A DNA stretch of 64,000 nucleotides from an uncultured Dehalococcoidia bacterium (GCA_964343075.1 CAYFGT010000001.1:95795-159794); one strand, 5' to 3'; shown: positions 18,210-28,638, numbered from the stretch's first letter. The notes: generated by a model from the letters alone, not told the origin. A program made the numbers and translations.

Positions 18210-19723
18210 TGAATGAAATTCAAAATCTAATGGGATTGACCCTGATCCTAACGCCGCTTATCACGTCGCTAGGATTTATGATGATCCCCAATTTGACTCC
18301 TAAAATGTACTGGTTAGTTGCAAGTGTAATATCCGGAATAATGTTTTTAATTTCTGTTTTGTTATGCTTTTCATATGACACTACCTTGGGCGGGACGCAG
18401 TTTGCGTTCAGTATTCCGTGGATCGACCAAGGTATAAATATCTCTTTTTCACTTGGATTAACGGGCATTAGTGCTTCTTTGGTGCTATTGAATGGGATAG
18501 TTTTATTTGGTGCATGTCTAATATCTCTGGATATAGGAGCTAGATCTAGGGATTTTTATGTTTTATTGTTAGCTCTGGGTGGCGGAGTTTTTGGGGTATT
18601 TTTGGCGTCAGATCTATTTTTCTTTTTCTTGTTTTATGAACTAGCAGTACTTCCGATGTATCTTTTGATCGCGATATGGGGTAGCTCTACCGACTTTGGT
18701 ACATTCATAAGGACTAAAGAATATGGGGCGATGAAACTAATGATGGTCTTGGTGGCTGCAAGTGTATTGATTTGGATCGGAATTATTGCGATTTATGTAG
18801 AAACTTTTGAGAACGGAACTCCAACGTTCTCATTTGATGAGCTTAGGCAGTTGTCTCAAGCAGGATTGTTTAGTTTGGAGTTTCAAAACTGGGTTTTCTT
18901 GCTGTTCATGATCGGTTTTGGAGTTTTGTCAGGATTGTGGCCGTTTCATACATGGTCTCCAGACGGGCACGTCGCAGCGCCGACAGGGGTTAGCATGCTA
19001 CATGCGGGTGTTTTGATGAAATTAGGAGCATTTGGGATAATCCAGATAGGTGTGATTATATTGCCAATGGGGGCTCAGACTTGGATGCCTGTATTGATGG
19101 TTCTAGGAATTGTGAATGTGATTTATGGTGCAATTTCTGCTATGTCACAGACAGATTTAAAATACATCATAGGATACTCAAGTGTAAGCCACATGGGTTA
19201 TGTTTTAATTGGGGCTGCTACTTTAAACTTTGTCGGGATGTCAGGCGCAGTATTGCAAATGTTCTCCCATGGCATAATGACTGCTTTAATGTTTGTACTG
19301 GTAGGAGCTATCTACCACAGAGCACACACTAGGGATATATACGTGTTAAATGGTCTGATTAAAACGATGCCTCATATATGTGTGTTATTTATAATTGCAG
19401 GGTTCGCGTCGTTGGGATTGCCGGGCCTTAGTGGATTTATAGCTGAATTTCTTATATTTTTGGGAGTAATCAAAATTTCATTTTGGATAGCGGCACTTGC
19501 TGTATTTGGTGCGGCCTTAACTGCCATTTACATACTTAGACTTATAGCAAGAACTATAGTAGGACCAATTGATGACAAATTGGCTGATCTCCCTGATGCA
19601 AATGGATACGAAAAAATTGTTTCACTGGCTTTCGCTGCTACATTAATCTTAGTCGGGGTCTGGCCTGCGGTATTACTCGATTCGATTAATGTTGGAGTAG
19701 CAACGGTAATGAGTGTATTGTGA
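18206..19723 (+). CDS. nuoM: NADH-quinone oxidoreductase subunit M
   Basis: ND4-like (WPFHTWSPDGHVAAPTGVSMLHAGVLMKLG). Start set at ATG 18206 (ATGA overlap with the nuoL stop). GTG 18185 is the ORF-track alternative. Confidence 0.9.
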   Translation: MMNEIQNLMGLTLILTPLITSLGFMMIPNLTPKMYWLVASVISGIMFLISVLLCFSYDTTLGGTQFAFSIPWIDQGINISFSLGLTGISASLVLLNGIVLFGACLISLDIGARSRDFYVLLLALGGGVFGVFLASDLFFFFLFYELAVLPMYLLIAIWGSSTDFGTFIRTKEYGAMKLMMVLVAASVLIWIGIIAIYVETFENGTPTFSFDELRQLSQAGLFSLEFQNWVFLLFMIGFGVLSGLWPFHTWSPDGHVAAPTGVSMLHAGVLMKLGAFGIIQIGVIILPMGAQTWMPVLMVLGIVNVIYGAISAMSQTDLKYIIGYSSVSHMGYVLIGAATLNFVGMSGAVLQMFSHGIMTALMFVLVGAIYHRAHTRDIYVLNGLIKTMPHICVLFIIAGFASLGLPGLSGFIAEFLIFLGVIKISFWIAALAVFGAALTAIYILRLIARTIVGPIDDKLADLPDANGYEKIVSLAFAATLILVGVWPAVLLDSINVGVATVMSVL

Positions 19724-19730
19724 TTGTATT

Positions 19731-21197
19731 ATGTTAGACGACTCAAATAATTTATTATTATTAACTCCAGAGTTTGTTCTGGCTGGTTTAGCGTTAGTAG
19801 TGTTCACTGCAGACCTGTTTATTCCGGAGAATAAAAAAGAATGGGTAGGCAGATTAGCCGCCTTTGGGCTTTTAGGAGTAGGGCTGATTACAGTGTCGAC
19901 CGTACTAGGTGTTAATCAGTATGTATACAATGGTTTCTTATTAGTCGATCATTATTCATTCATATTTAAAATGGTTTTTATTGGCGTAGGATTTTTGGTT
20001 ATTTTAATGTCGGAAGATTACGTTAAAAACAATTTGACATCCCAAGGGGAATTTTATGGATTGATATTGTTTGCAATCTTAGGAATGAATATTTTGATTC
20101 AAAGCCAAGAATTTTTGACTGCGTATATATCATTAGAACTATTGAGTTTCTGTCTGTATGTACTTGTGGGTTATGCGAAATTCAATCCCAAAAGTAATGA
20201 AGCGTCGATCAAATATATAATATTTGGAACTTTTTCATCAGCTATACTTTTATATGGACTGAGTATGGTTTACTCAGTAGTCGGGAGTACTGTCTATAGC
20301 GATATATCAAATACATTACTAACTACTATGGACCCTGTAGCTGCAGTAGGTGTAGCATTCATCATGATTGGTATTGGATTCAAGGTTGGGATAGTACCGT
20401 TTCACTCTTGGATTCCTGATGTGTACGAAGGTGCCCCGATTCCAGTGACAGCATATTTGGCAATAGGAGCCAAAATAGCTGCATTTGCTTTTCTTGTGAG
20501 AGTGGTGATTGGTATTTTACTTCCTGCCGAAGATTTTTGGGAGAGCTGGCAGATGATCTTTGCTGCTTTAGCTGTAAGTACCATGATTGTGGGTAACGGG
20601 GTTGCCATAGTACAGACCAAAGTGAAAAGAATGTTGGCATATTCTTCTATAGGTCATAGCGGAGTTTTGTTGGCAGGAATCGTGGTATTAGGATCTACTA
20701 ATGGCGTTATATTAGAAAGTTTGGGATATTACCTGATAGGATACACAGTAACCAGTTTCTCAGTATTTAGTGCTATTACAGCAATAACTAGTAGAAATGA
20801 AATTGAATTGATTAGTGAATTTTCTGGTTTGTCAGAACAGAAACCGTTATTGTCAGCATCGATTGCTATGGGATTGTTTTCTCTCGCAGGACTTCCTTTA
20901 TTTGTTGGTTTCACTATTAAATTTTATTTATTTTCTTCAATAGCAATTGGTGGATTTTTATGGCTGGCAGGTATAGCTGTGTTAGCCAGTCTAGTATCGT
21001 TATATTATTATCTTATTTTGATAAAGAGTATGTATGTGGATGCTTCGGTTATTCCAGGAGTTCATAAAGATATTATTGTTAGTTGGCCAATGAGGATAGT
21101 GATCTTACTATCGGTATTGGCAACTATTCTATTCGGTGTTTATCCAGAACCAGTGATTGACCAAATACATGGCATTAGTAATTTACTAAGTAAATGA
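19731..21197 (+). CDS. nuoN: NADH-quinone oxidoreductase subunit N
   Basis: ND2-like (VPFHSWIPDVYEGAPIPVTAYL). ATG 19731 chosen; GTG 19713 (overlapping nuoM) is the alternative. Confidence 0.9.
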   Translation: MLDDSNNLLLLTPEFVLAGLALVVFTADLFIPENKKEWVGRLAAFGLLGVGLITVSTVLGVNQYVYNGFLLVDHYSFIFKMVFIGVGFLVILMSEDYVKNNLTSQGEFYGLILFAILGMNILIQSQEFLTAYISLELLSFCLYVLVGYAKFNPKSNEASIKYIIFGTFSSAILLYGLSMVYSVVGSTVYSDISNTLLTTMDPVAAVGVAFIMIGIGFKVGIVPFHSWIPDVYEGAPIPVTAYLAIGAKIAAFAFLVRVVIGILLPAEDFWESWQMIFAALAVSTMIVGNGVAIVQTKVKRMLAYSSIGHSGVLLAGIVVLGSTNGVILESLGYYLIGYTVTSFSVFSAITAITSRNEIELISEFSGLSEQKPLLSASIAMGLFSLAGLPLFVGFTIKFYLFSSIAIGGFLWLAGIAVLASLVSLYYYLILIKSMYVDASVIPGVHKDIIVSWPMRIVILLSVLATILFGVYPEPVIDQIHGISNLLSK

Positions 21198-21218
21198 TTT
21201 CAACAGGAATATATATAG

Positions 21219-21740
21219 ATGATAATTTCTGTCATAGGAAGTAGTTCTTCTCTGCCGCATCATTCCCAACTGGCTTTTGATTTAGGGCTTGAGTTATCAA
21301 AACATCCCAAGGTTGACTATGTGGTGTGTGGAGGAATGAGTGGAATAATGCAGGATGTTTGCAATGGGGTCAGGACCGGTATCCTCGAAGGATTTGAGTG
21401 TAAGACCATAGGAATCTTGCCGGGCAATGACAAATCTTTGGGTAACGAGTTTATTGATATACCGATTGTCACAGGAATGGGATTTGCTAGGAATATCGTG
21501 GTAGCGTTGACTGGTGATATTGTTATAGCTGTTGGTGGGGCCTACGGTACGTTATCTGAATTAGGACATTCCTTATCAGAAGGACGGCCAGTTATTGCGT
21601 TAGACTCGTGGAATTTAGAAACTACAGGTGAAGGAGAAAATGTGTCAGATAAGTCATCTTTTACCCGTACAACTACCGTTGATGAAGCAATAGGAGTTAT
21701 GGACACTCTAATTTCTAGATTAAACAACAGGGCTGAATGA
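21219..21740 (+). CDS. LOG/TIGR00725-like Rossmann-fold nucleotide-binding protein
   Basis: CGGMSGIMQDVCNG and GGAYGTLSELGH match the GGGxGxM and PGGxGTxxE motifs of the LOG (lysine-decarboxylase-like) family. The stop overlaps the eno start. Confidence 0.6.
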   Translation: MIISVIGSSSSLPHHSQLAFDLGLELSKHPKVDYVVCGGMSGIMQDVCNGVRTGILEGFECKTIGILPGNDKSLGNEFIDIPIVTGMGFARNIVVALTGDIVIAVGGAYGTLSELGHSLSEGRPVIALDSWNLETTGEGENVSDKSSFTRTTTVDEAIGVMDTLISRLNNRAE

Positions 21741-23041
21741 ACATGACAAAAATAGATTCGATCAAAGCTTTAGAGCTTTTGGACTCAAGAGGTAACCCTA
21801 CTGTGGGATGCACCGTAACATTGTCAAACGGGGCAAAAGGAACCGCTTATTCTCCGTCAGGAGCCAGTACTGGTCAATACGAAGCTTACGAACTCAGAGA
21901 TGGAGACACTAACCGATATCAGGGGAAAGGTGTTAGAAATGCTGTATCTAATGTGAACAGTATACTAAATGACGCTTTATCAGGGACGGAATGGAGTGAT
22001 TTTTGGAAGTTCGATCAATCTCTTGTAGCGTTAGATAAAACCGGTAACAAAGCTGAAATTGGAGCTAACGCAATACTTGCTGTATCGTTAGCTACAGCCA
22101 AGGCTTTTGCCGAGGCTAGCCATATTCAGTTATGGGAGTTTTTATCTCAACAAGACGGAATGCAGCCCCAACTTCCTGTTCCAATGTTAAACATTTTGAA
22201 CGGCGGTAGGCATGCCTCCAATTCAACTGATATTCAAGAATTTATGATTATTCCCGTGGGATTTGACAAATTTCATGAGTCGCTGAGAGCGGGTGTGGAA
22301 ATTTATCAGTCTCTTAGATATATATTAGGAGAATCAGGCCATAATCTGAATGTAGGTGACGAAGGAGGATTTGCTCCGCAACTAGGGTCCAATGAAGAGG
22401 CTCTTAACCTTATCATGCAAGCTATAGAACGATCCGGATATTCGGCAGGCGACCAAATAATGCTTGCTTTAGATGTAGCTGCTTCGGAACTATATGATAA
22501 AGAAACAAATCTGTATGTACTGGACCGACAGGGTATAACTGTTGGATCCGATGACTTGATCAATATATACGAGACATGGATTAAAAAATATCCAATAATA
22601 AGTATTGAAGACGGTCTTAATGAAGACGACTGGGATGGATGGATTGCTTTAAATTATCGTTTAGGTCAAGATGTGCAATTAGTAGGTGATGATCTGTTAG
22701 TCACTAATATTGATAGAATTAATATTGCGAGTGGTACAAATGCGTGCAACTCTATTTTATTGAAACCTAATCAAATAGGATCTATGTCGGAAACTAGGGA
22801 AGCTTTGACATTAGCTAAATCGAATGATTGGACAACTGTAATGAGTCACAGATCAGGAGAAACAGAAGACGCTACGATTGCAGATCTGGCTGTAGGATGG
22901 TCGGCTGGGCAAATAAAAACTGGAGCTCCAGCGAGATCTGATAGGGTTGCTAAATATAATAGATTGTTACAAATTGAAGATCAGCTGGGGGACGGTGCTG
23001 TATTTGCTGGCAAGAAGGTATTTTCTAATTTCATGCAATAG
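21737..23041 (+). CDS. eno: enolase
   Basis: LDSRGNPTV, SHRSGETED and IKTGAPARSDRVAKYNRLL. ATG 21743 is an equally plausible start. Confidence 0.95.
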   Translation: MNMTKIDSIKALELLDSRGNPTVGCTVTLSNGAKGTAYSPSGASTGQYEAYELRDGDTNRYQGKGVRNAVSNVNSILNDALSGTEWSDFWKFDQSLVALDKTGNKAEIGANAILAVSLATAKAFAEASHIQLWEFLSQQDGMQPQLPVPMLNILNGGRHASNSTDIQEFMIIPVGFDKFHESLRAGVEIYQSLRYILGESGHNLNVGDEGGFAPQLGSNEEALNLIMQAIERSGYSAGDQIMLALDVAASELYDKETNLYVLDRQGITVGSDDLINIYETWIKKYPIISIEDGLNEDDWDGWIALNYRLGQDVQLVGDDLLVTNIDRINIASGTNACNSILLKPNQIGSMSETREALTLAKSNDWTTVMSHRSGETEDATIADLAVGWSAGQIKTGAPARSDRVAKYNRLLQIEDQLGDGAVFAGKKVFSNFMQ

Positions 23042-23050
23042 GGTAAAACT

Positions 23051-23209
23051 ATGGTAAGAGCAAACTGGTATTCTGATCATCCTGCTGCATGTACATGTGC
23101 AGAGTGTGAGGAAAAGCAAAAGATTAAAAATTTGGACCGTAAAATAGGTCGAAATGAGAAATGTCCATGCGGCAGCAACAAGAAATATAAGAGATGTCAC
23201 GGGCGTTAG
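23051..23209 (+). CDS. 52-aa SEC-C-motif metal-binding protein (not in the ORF track, below its size cut-off)
   Basis: Manual translation: [52 protein letters not shown], stop TAG 23207-23209. The C-terminal [13 protein letters not shown] is the SEC-C motif of SecA/YecA C-termini, and there is an additional CxCxxC near the N-terminus. Confidence 0.6.
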   Translation: MVRANWYSDHPAACTCAECEEKQKIKNLDRKIGRNEKCPCGSNKKYKRCHGR

Positions 23210-23262
23210 ATTTTGGTAGAATTTCCCCGAGTTGATTAGGAAAGTATTGGAGGATAGGTACA

Positions 23263-24279
23263 GTGACTACAAAAATAGGGATTAATGGATTTGGCAGAAT
23301 TGGAAGACTGGTTACTAGAGCTTGGTTAGAAGATTATCAGAATCTAGATCTTGAGATTTGTGCTGTTAATGGATTGAGTGATGTTACAACATATGCCCAT
23401 CTTTTCAAACACGATACTACGTACGGTAACTATTCGGGTGACGTACAAGCAGTAGGAAATGATTTAATTATCGACGGTCACAGTATTCGAGTGTTCAGCG
23501 AAAGAGAGCCTTCAAATATACCATGGTCAGAATTAGGTATTGATATTGTTGTAGAGTCTACTGGGAAATTCACAGATTCTGCTAAAGCAGTTGCCCATAT
23601 ACAAGGGGGAGCTCAAAAAGTGCTTGTATCTGCCCCAGCCAAAGGAGCAGACGCCACGATAGTCCTAGGAATCAACGAAAGTATTTATGATGGAGATTCG
23701 CATCAGGTCGTGTCAAATGCATCCTGCACCACTAATTGTTTCGCTCCTATGGTTAAGGTCTTACAAGACGCATTTGGCATAGAACATGGTCTGATGTCTA
23801 CAATACATTCCTTTACGAACGATCAATCCGTATTAGATAGAGGGCATAAAGACTTGAGAAGAGCTAGAACAGCGTCTATGAATATAATACCCACAACTAC
23901 GGGTGCTGCTAGGTCTGTAGGAGTAGTAATCCCCGAATTACAAGGAAAATTACACGGTATAGCATATAGAGTTCCTACAAATACATGTTCAGCGACTGAT
24001 TTTACTGCAAATTTGTCAGTATCGGTCACAGTTGATGAAGTGAATGCTGCTTTTAAGAAAGCTTCCGAAACTACTTTAAAAGGTATCTTAGAATATAATG
24101 AAGAGCCTTTAGTAAGCTCCGACTTTAGAGGAAATCCACATAGTTGTATCTTCGATGCATTATCCACAATTGTCATGCAAGACAACATGGTGAAAATTTT
24201 GGGCTGGTATGATAACGAATGGGGGTATTCCTGCAGAACTATTGAATTATGTTCTCTGATGGGTAAATCTTTGAATTAA
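23263..24279 (+). CDS. gap: glyceraldehyde-3-phosphate dehydrogenase
   Basis: NGFGRIGR, SNASCTTNC (active Cys), WYDNEWGYS. GTG start after GGAGGA. Confidence 0.95.
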   Translation: MTTKIGINGFGRIGRLVTRAWLEDYQNLDLEICAVNGLSDVTTYAHLFKHDTTYGNYSGDVQAVGNDLIIDGHSIRVFSEREPSNIPWSELGIDIVVESTGKFTDSAKAVAHIQGGAQKVLVSAPAKGADATIVLGINESIYDGDSHQVVSNASCTTNCFAPMVKVLQDAFGIEHGLMSTIHSFTNDQSVLDRGHKDLRRARTASMNIIPTTTGAARSVGVVIPELQGKLHGIAYRVPTNTCSATDFTANLSVSVTVDEVNAAFKKASETTLKGILEYNEEPLVSSDFRGNPHSCIFDALSTIVMQDNMVKILGWYDNEWGYSCRTIELCSLMGKSLN

Positions 24280-24330
24280 AGGGCGGTTGCGACGAACTCC
24301 ATATTACAATATAGCCGTCAACAAGCTATT

Positions 24331-27300
24331 TTGTTATTTAAAATTTATTCCCGTCATATTACATTGATCATTATTTTGGGTGCAGCTCTAGCACTAAGAC
24401 AATATGGAATAAATTGGGATCAAGGGATAGGATTTCATCCTGATGAAAGATCTATTTATATGAGATCTTATTGTATGTTCCGAGAGATTATAGGTGATGC
24501 ATTACCTCAGTATTGTTCTTTCCCAATCGCGGACATAGGGACAGGAGTAGGTAGGTATTTAAATCCTTCAACCAGTCCATTAAATCCTCACTGGTTTCCG
24601 TTAGGGACAATTTTGATATATGTTTTGGTGATAGGGCAATTTATGATGCCTGTTACTGACGTCATGGACCTCAGGCTCATGGGTAGATCCATGACAGTAT
24701 TTGCGGATATTTTGAGTATCATCGTTTATTACCGCCTAGCTTACAAAATGTTTGGGCTTAAAACTGCGGTGATAACTGGGTTGCTGTTAGCTTTCTCTGT
24801 GTCTCTTATTCAACACTCCTTATTCTATCGCCCCGAACCCTTTATGGTTCTATTTTCTGGTTTGGTCTTATTAAATTGTTGGAACCGGTATTCTGTTAGG
24901 ACCCGGAAACCTTCAGTTTGGATAGGTATATTTTTAGGCTTTGCCATTGCATTCAAGGTTAGCAGTGTTTTATTAGCACTACCCATTTTCGTGTTATTTT
25001 TGAGTATCTGGAAAACTCACAATCATTTTTTATTTAACAAGGGTCTAGTAAAACTAGTTATAGAAGGAGTGATGATTGCTCTTCTAGGGGCAGCGACATT
25101 TTTTGTGACTTCCCCATTTACTTTGCTTGATTATCAACAATTCTATACTGATATTAAGACCCAATCATTAATGGCTGGGACTGCAGGATTGTTCCCATTT
25201 ACCACTCAATACATTGGGACATCATCAATTATGTACAATGCTAAACAGCTGTTTTACTGGGGATTGGGAATTCCAGTGGGGATAACAAGTGTATTGTTGA
25301 TTGGATTAGGGATTTGGAGTGTGTATAAAAGGAACAAAATCCAATTCAGATATACATTACTTTGCAGTTGGGTGATTCCCTTTTTCTTATTTATGGAATC
25401 TTATGAAGTGAGATTTCTGAGATACTTATTCCCGATCATACCTGTGATTTTCATATTGAATGCTGATCTGATATTGAGGTTGGCTTACAGTGTAATAACA
25501 CGAACTGCGGCTATCCTGAAACACAGATGCGGAGCGATACCGTCTACACTGGGAACAGGGTTGGTGTTATTTATATTACTGGGGCATATAGTATATGGAA
25601 TAGGTTTTGTACAAATTTATAAGGTAGATCACACTGCTATTCAAGCCAGCGAATGGATCCAACAACATGTACCTACAAAAACAAAGATTATCATGGAAAG
25701 TCACTGGGATGAACAAATCCCTGGCCTACATTACTATGATAGATGGTTATATCCAGCCTATGATGAAGACACAATTGACAAGATTTATCGACTTGCTGTT
25801 AATTTAGAATCTTCAGAATATGTGATGTTCTACAGTAATAGACCCTATGTTGGAATCTTGGCTGACCAAGATAGGTACCCATATTCTTCATCTTATTATA
25901 AAGCGTTATTTGAAGGGAATTTAGGGTACGAACTAAACCAAGTGTTTCAAGAAAATCCTAAGTTTGCAGGAATATCGATCAAACAGGATAGTTTTAGAAA
26001 GACAGGCTTGGTAAGTCCAGATATGCTTGTAGTAATAGACGAAAGCACTACCGGTATAAATGTTGGTTATGCTGATGAAAATGTTATCAATTATGACCAT
26101 CCAACAGTCCTTCTTTTTAAAAATACTTCTGACATGGCGGCCGAAGCTATCATGAATGTGATATTAGATTATGATGGCAGGAGTCTTTACCCTTATGAAC
26201 AACCTCAGTTGTCAAAATTGAGGCCTATTCAAGTAACCATAGATGAAGTAAGTTCTGGAACAATATCTGATGTGCGCGCAGTACTTATATGGGTCGTAAC
26301 ATTGATTTTACTGTCGATTCTCGCAATTCCAACGGCACTCGTTATTGCGAGATTTCTCCCTGATAGAGGATATGGGTTGAGTAAGATTTTAGGATTATTC
26401 CTAGTGAGTTACTTTGTTTGGGTTGCCGTTTCCTCAAGGATGATAGAGTTCAGTGCTAGTTATTGTTTTATGTTTATAGGTATATTTGCTATTTTCAATG
26501 TGGTAGTTCTATATCGATGTTATTCAGAAATAACAACTTACTTCAGGAATCATTGGAAGTACATGTTGATCATTGAGTTAGTGTTCTTTGCGAGCTTTGT
26601 GGGTTTCTTAATCCTGAGAATGAATAATCCGGATTTGTGGCATCCATATCGCGGCGGAGAGAAACCCATGGAATTGGCATATTTTAATGCTGTAGTCAAT
26701 TCCGTTTCGTTTCCTCCTTTTGATCCTTGGATGTCTGGTTCGAAGATGAATTATTATTATTGGGGATATGTTCCATTATCTGTACTGACCAAGATTACTT
26801 ACCTCCCAACGGTTATTACTTTCAATTTAGGCATTATTACTTTGTTTTCGATTACGTGTACGCTTCTGTTTAGTTTGGCTTCGAATTTATTCATAGGTTT
26901 GAAAGGCTTAACTATAGCTAGCCTCAGTACTGGGAAACTAGCAATAGGGGCATTATGGGGATTACTTGGGATAGTTACTGTGATTTTATTGGGCAATCTA
27001 GATGGAGTGTTTCAGATTTCTGAAATGATTTCAAAAGAAGTACCATTTATTAAGTGGTTTGGTACTTTTGACTACTGGAGAAGTAGCAGGATAGTTCCGG
27101 TATTGCCTCAGCTAGCCAATACCTCTGGAATATTTTGGGTAGGGAATGAAATATTTACCGGGCAGCAATGGTCACCGCATATAACAGAATTTCCATTTTT
27201 CACTTTCTTGTTTGCAGATTTGCATGCTCATCTTATATCTATTCCGTTCTCAATCATGGTATTGATTCTGGGCATAAATACATATTTGAGCACAGACACT

Positions 27301-28638
27301 AACCTAAAATCTTTAGTATCAGTGATGTTGTTTGCAGTGGGATGCGGAAGCTTATTTGCGATCAATGCATGGGATTTCCCAACGTATTGTGGTTTGGGCT
27401 TACTGCTTTTGATAGCCCGTGCGGTAGTGGTGATAGATTTTATAGGTAAATGGCAAGAAACAATATTGTTGATGATGTTGTATGTAATCATAGGATACTT
27501 TTCATTTTGGTTTTTCCACACTGAATTTAATTCGGCAGAAGCGTCACTTGTGCCTTCATTATGGGCAACCCCAGTATGGGATTACATACAAATCAAATTT
27601 TTGCCATTATCTTGCATTGTGGGATTAACTATATTCTGTATAGCAAAAGATTTTCGTACCGTAAGGAGAAGGAGCTCAATTCGATTCAACTATTATTTAG
27701 CGATAGGTTTTATGATCGGAGCGGTCATTGCATTTTATGTAGCAGCACTTGGTTGGATGCTTTCTGGTATGTTGGTGATTTTATTAATGGTTTTAGCTTA
27801 TATTTTCAGGTCTTTGACATGCGAGCCTGGACGATCGAACAATATTAAATGGATAGTTTTACCTGTGTTATTGATGAGTTATTCTGTGCTCATAGATCTT
27901 GGAGTGGAATTCGTAAGATATGATGATGATATAGGACGAATGAATACACTTTTTAAATTTTATCTGCAATCTTGGGTGTTGTCCGGAATTGCTTCGGTTG
28001 GCTTGCTTATCATATTGAGTAATTTGGTGCTGCAGCAAACTAACCTTCTTATTTCATCCTCATATAGTGTTGTGTTTGCGGTTGTACTAATAGTATTAAG
28101 CACGTACCCAGTGTTTGCTATTTATCCTAGAATCAACGACAGATTTATTGACGTTGACCCTACGCTTGATGGCCTAGGGTACGCCGAAAAAGCTATACAC
28201 TCAGAGCAAGAACAACAATTTAGTTTGTCTAGTGACAGAGATATGCTTAAATGGTTGATTCAAAATGTGCAAGGTACTCCCGTAATATTAGAAGCTACTG
28301 GAGATCAGTACAGATGGAACGGTAGAGTTTCCGCCTATACAGGCTTTCCCACGGTTTTGGGATGGCCTTGGCATCAGACTCAACAAAAACCATACTTGCA
28401 TTCTAATATAATAAATCGTTCGGAAGACATTAAAACTCTTTATCAAACTGAAAACCTAGATTTGAAATTGAACTTGATTGATAAATATGACATTGAATTG
28501 ATTGTATTTGGGGAGCTCGAATCTATTTATTACGGGGATGATACGTATAAGTACTTACAAGAATTAGAAACTTTGGGCTTTTTAGATAAAATTTATTCTA
28601 ATGATTACAATACTGTATATTTGGTTAGAGATTACTAA
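24331..28638 (+). CDS. 1435-aa polytopic membrane protein: GT-C/ArnT-PMT-like N-terminal half plus DUF2298 / Chlor_Arch_YYY-type half
   Basis: Dozens of TM segments. MNYYYWGY (YYY codons at 26752-26760) matches the YYYxG signature of the TIGR03662-type family. The N-terminal half has the general look of dolichyl/undecaprenyl-phosphate-sugar glycosyltransferases. TTG start is uncertain. Confidence 0.75.
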   Translation: MLFKIYSRHITLIIILGAALALRQYGINWDQGIGFHPDERSIYMRSYCMFREIIGDALPQYCSFPIADIGTGVGRYLNPSTSPLNPHWFPLGTILIYVLVIGQFMMPVTDVMDLRLMGRSMTVFADILSIIVYYRLAYKMFGLKTAVITGLLLAFSVSLIQHSLFYRPEPFMVLFSGLVLLNCWNRYSVRTRKPSVWIGIFLGFAIAFKVSSVLLALPIFVLFLSIWKTHNHFLFNKGLVKLVIEGVMIALLGAATFFVTSPFTLLDYQQFYTDIKTQSLMAGTAGLFPFTTQYIGTSSIMYNAKQLFYWGLGIPVGITSVLLIGLGIWSVYKRNKIQFRYTLLCSWVIPFFLFMESYEVRFLRYLFPIIPVIFILNADLILRLAYSVITRTAAILKHRCGAIPSTLGTGLVLFILLGHIVYGIGFVQIYKVDHTAIQASEWIQQHVPTKTKIIMESHWDEQIPGLHYYDRWLYPAYDEDTIDKIYRLAVNLESSEYVMFYSNRPYVGILADQDRYPYSSSYYKALFEGNLGYELNQVFQENPKFAGISIKQDSFRKTGLVSPDMLVVIDESTTGINVGYADENVINYDHPTVLLFKNTSDMAAEAIMNVILDYDGRSLYPYEQPQLSKLRPIQVTIDEVSSGTISDVRAVLIWVVTLILLSILAIPTALVIARFLPDRGYGLSKILGLFLVSYFVWVAVSSRMIEFSASYCFMFIGIFAIFNVVVLYRCYSEITTYFRNHWKYMLIIELVFFASFVGFLILRMNNPDLWHPYRGGEKPMELAYFNAVVNSVSFPPFDPWMSGSKMNYYYWGYVPLSVLTKITYLPTVITFNLGIITLFSITCTLLFSLASNLFIGLKGLTIASLSTGKLAIGALWGLLGIVTVILLGNLDGVFQISEMISKEVPFIKWFGTFDYWRSSRIVPVLPQLANTSGIFWVGNEIFTGQQWSPHITEFPFFTFLFADLHAHLISIPFSIMVLILGINTYLSTDTNLKSLVSVMLFAVGCGSLFAINAWDFPTYCGLGLLLLIARAVVVIDFIGKWQETILLMMLYVIIGYFSFWFFHTEFNSAEASLVPSLWATPVWDYIQIKFLPLSCIVGLTIFCIAKDFRTVRRRSSIRFNYYLAIGFMIGAVIAFYVAALGWMLSGMLVILLMVLAYIFRSLTCEPGRSNNIKWIVLPVLLMSYSVLIDLGVEFVRYDDDIGRMNTLFKFYLQSWVLSGIASVGLLIILSNLVLQQTNLLISSSYSVVFAVVLIVLSTYPVFAIYPRINDRFIDVDPTLDGLGYAEKAIHSEQEQQFSLSSDRDMLKWLIQNVQGTPVILEATGDQYRWNGRVSAYTGFPTVLGWPWHQTQQKPYLHSNIINRSEDIKTLYQTENLDLKLNLIDKYDIELIVFGELESIYYGDDTYKYLQELETLGFLDKIYSNDYNTVYLVRDY

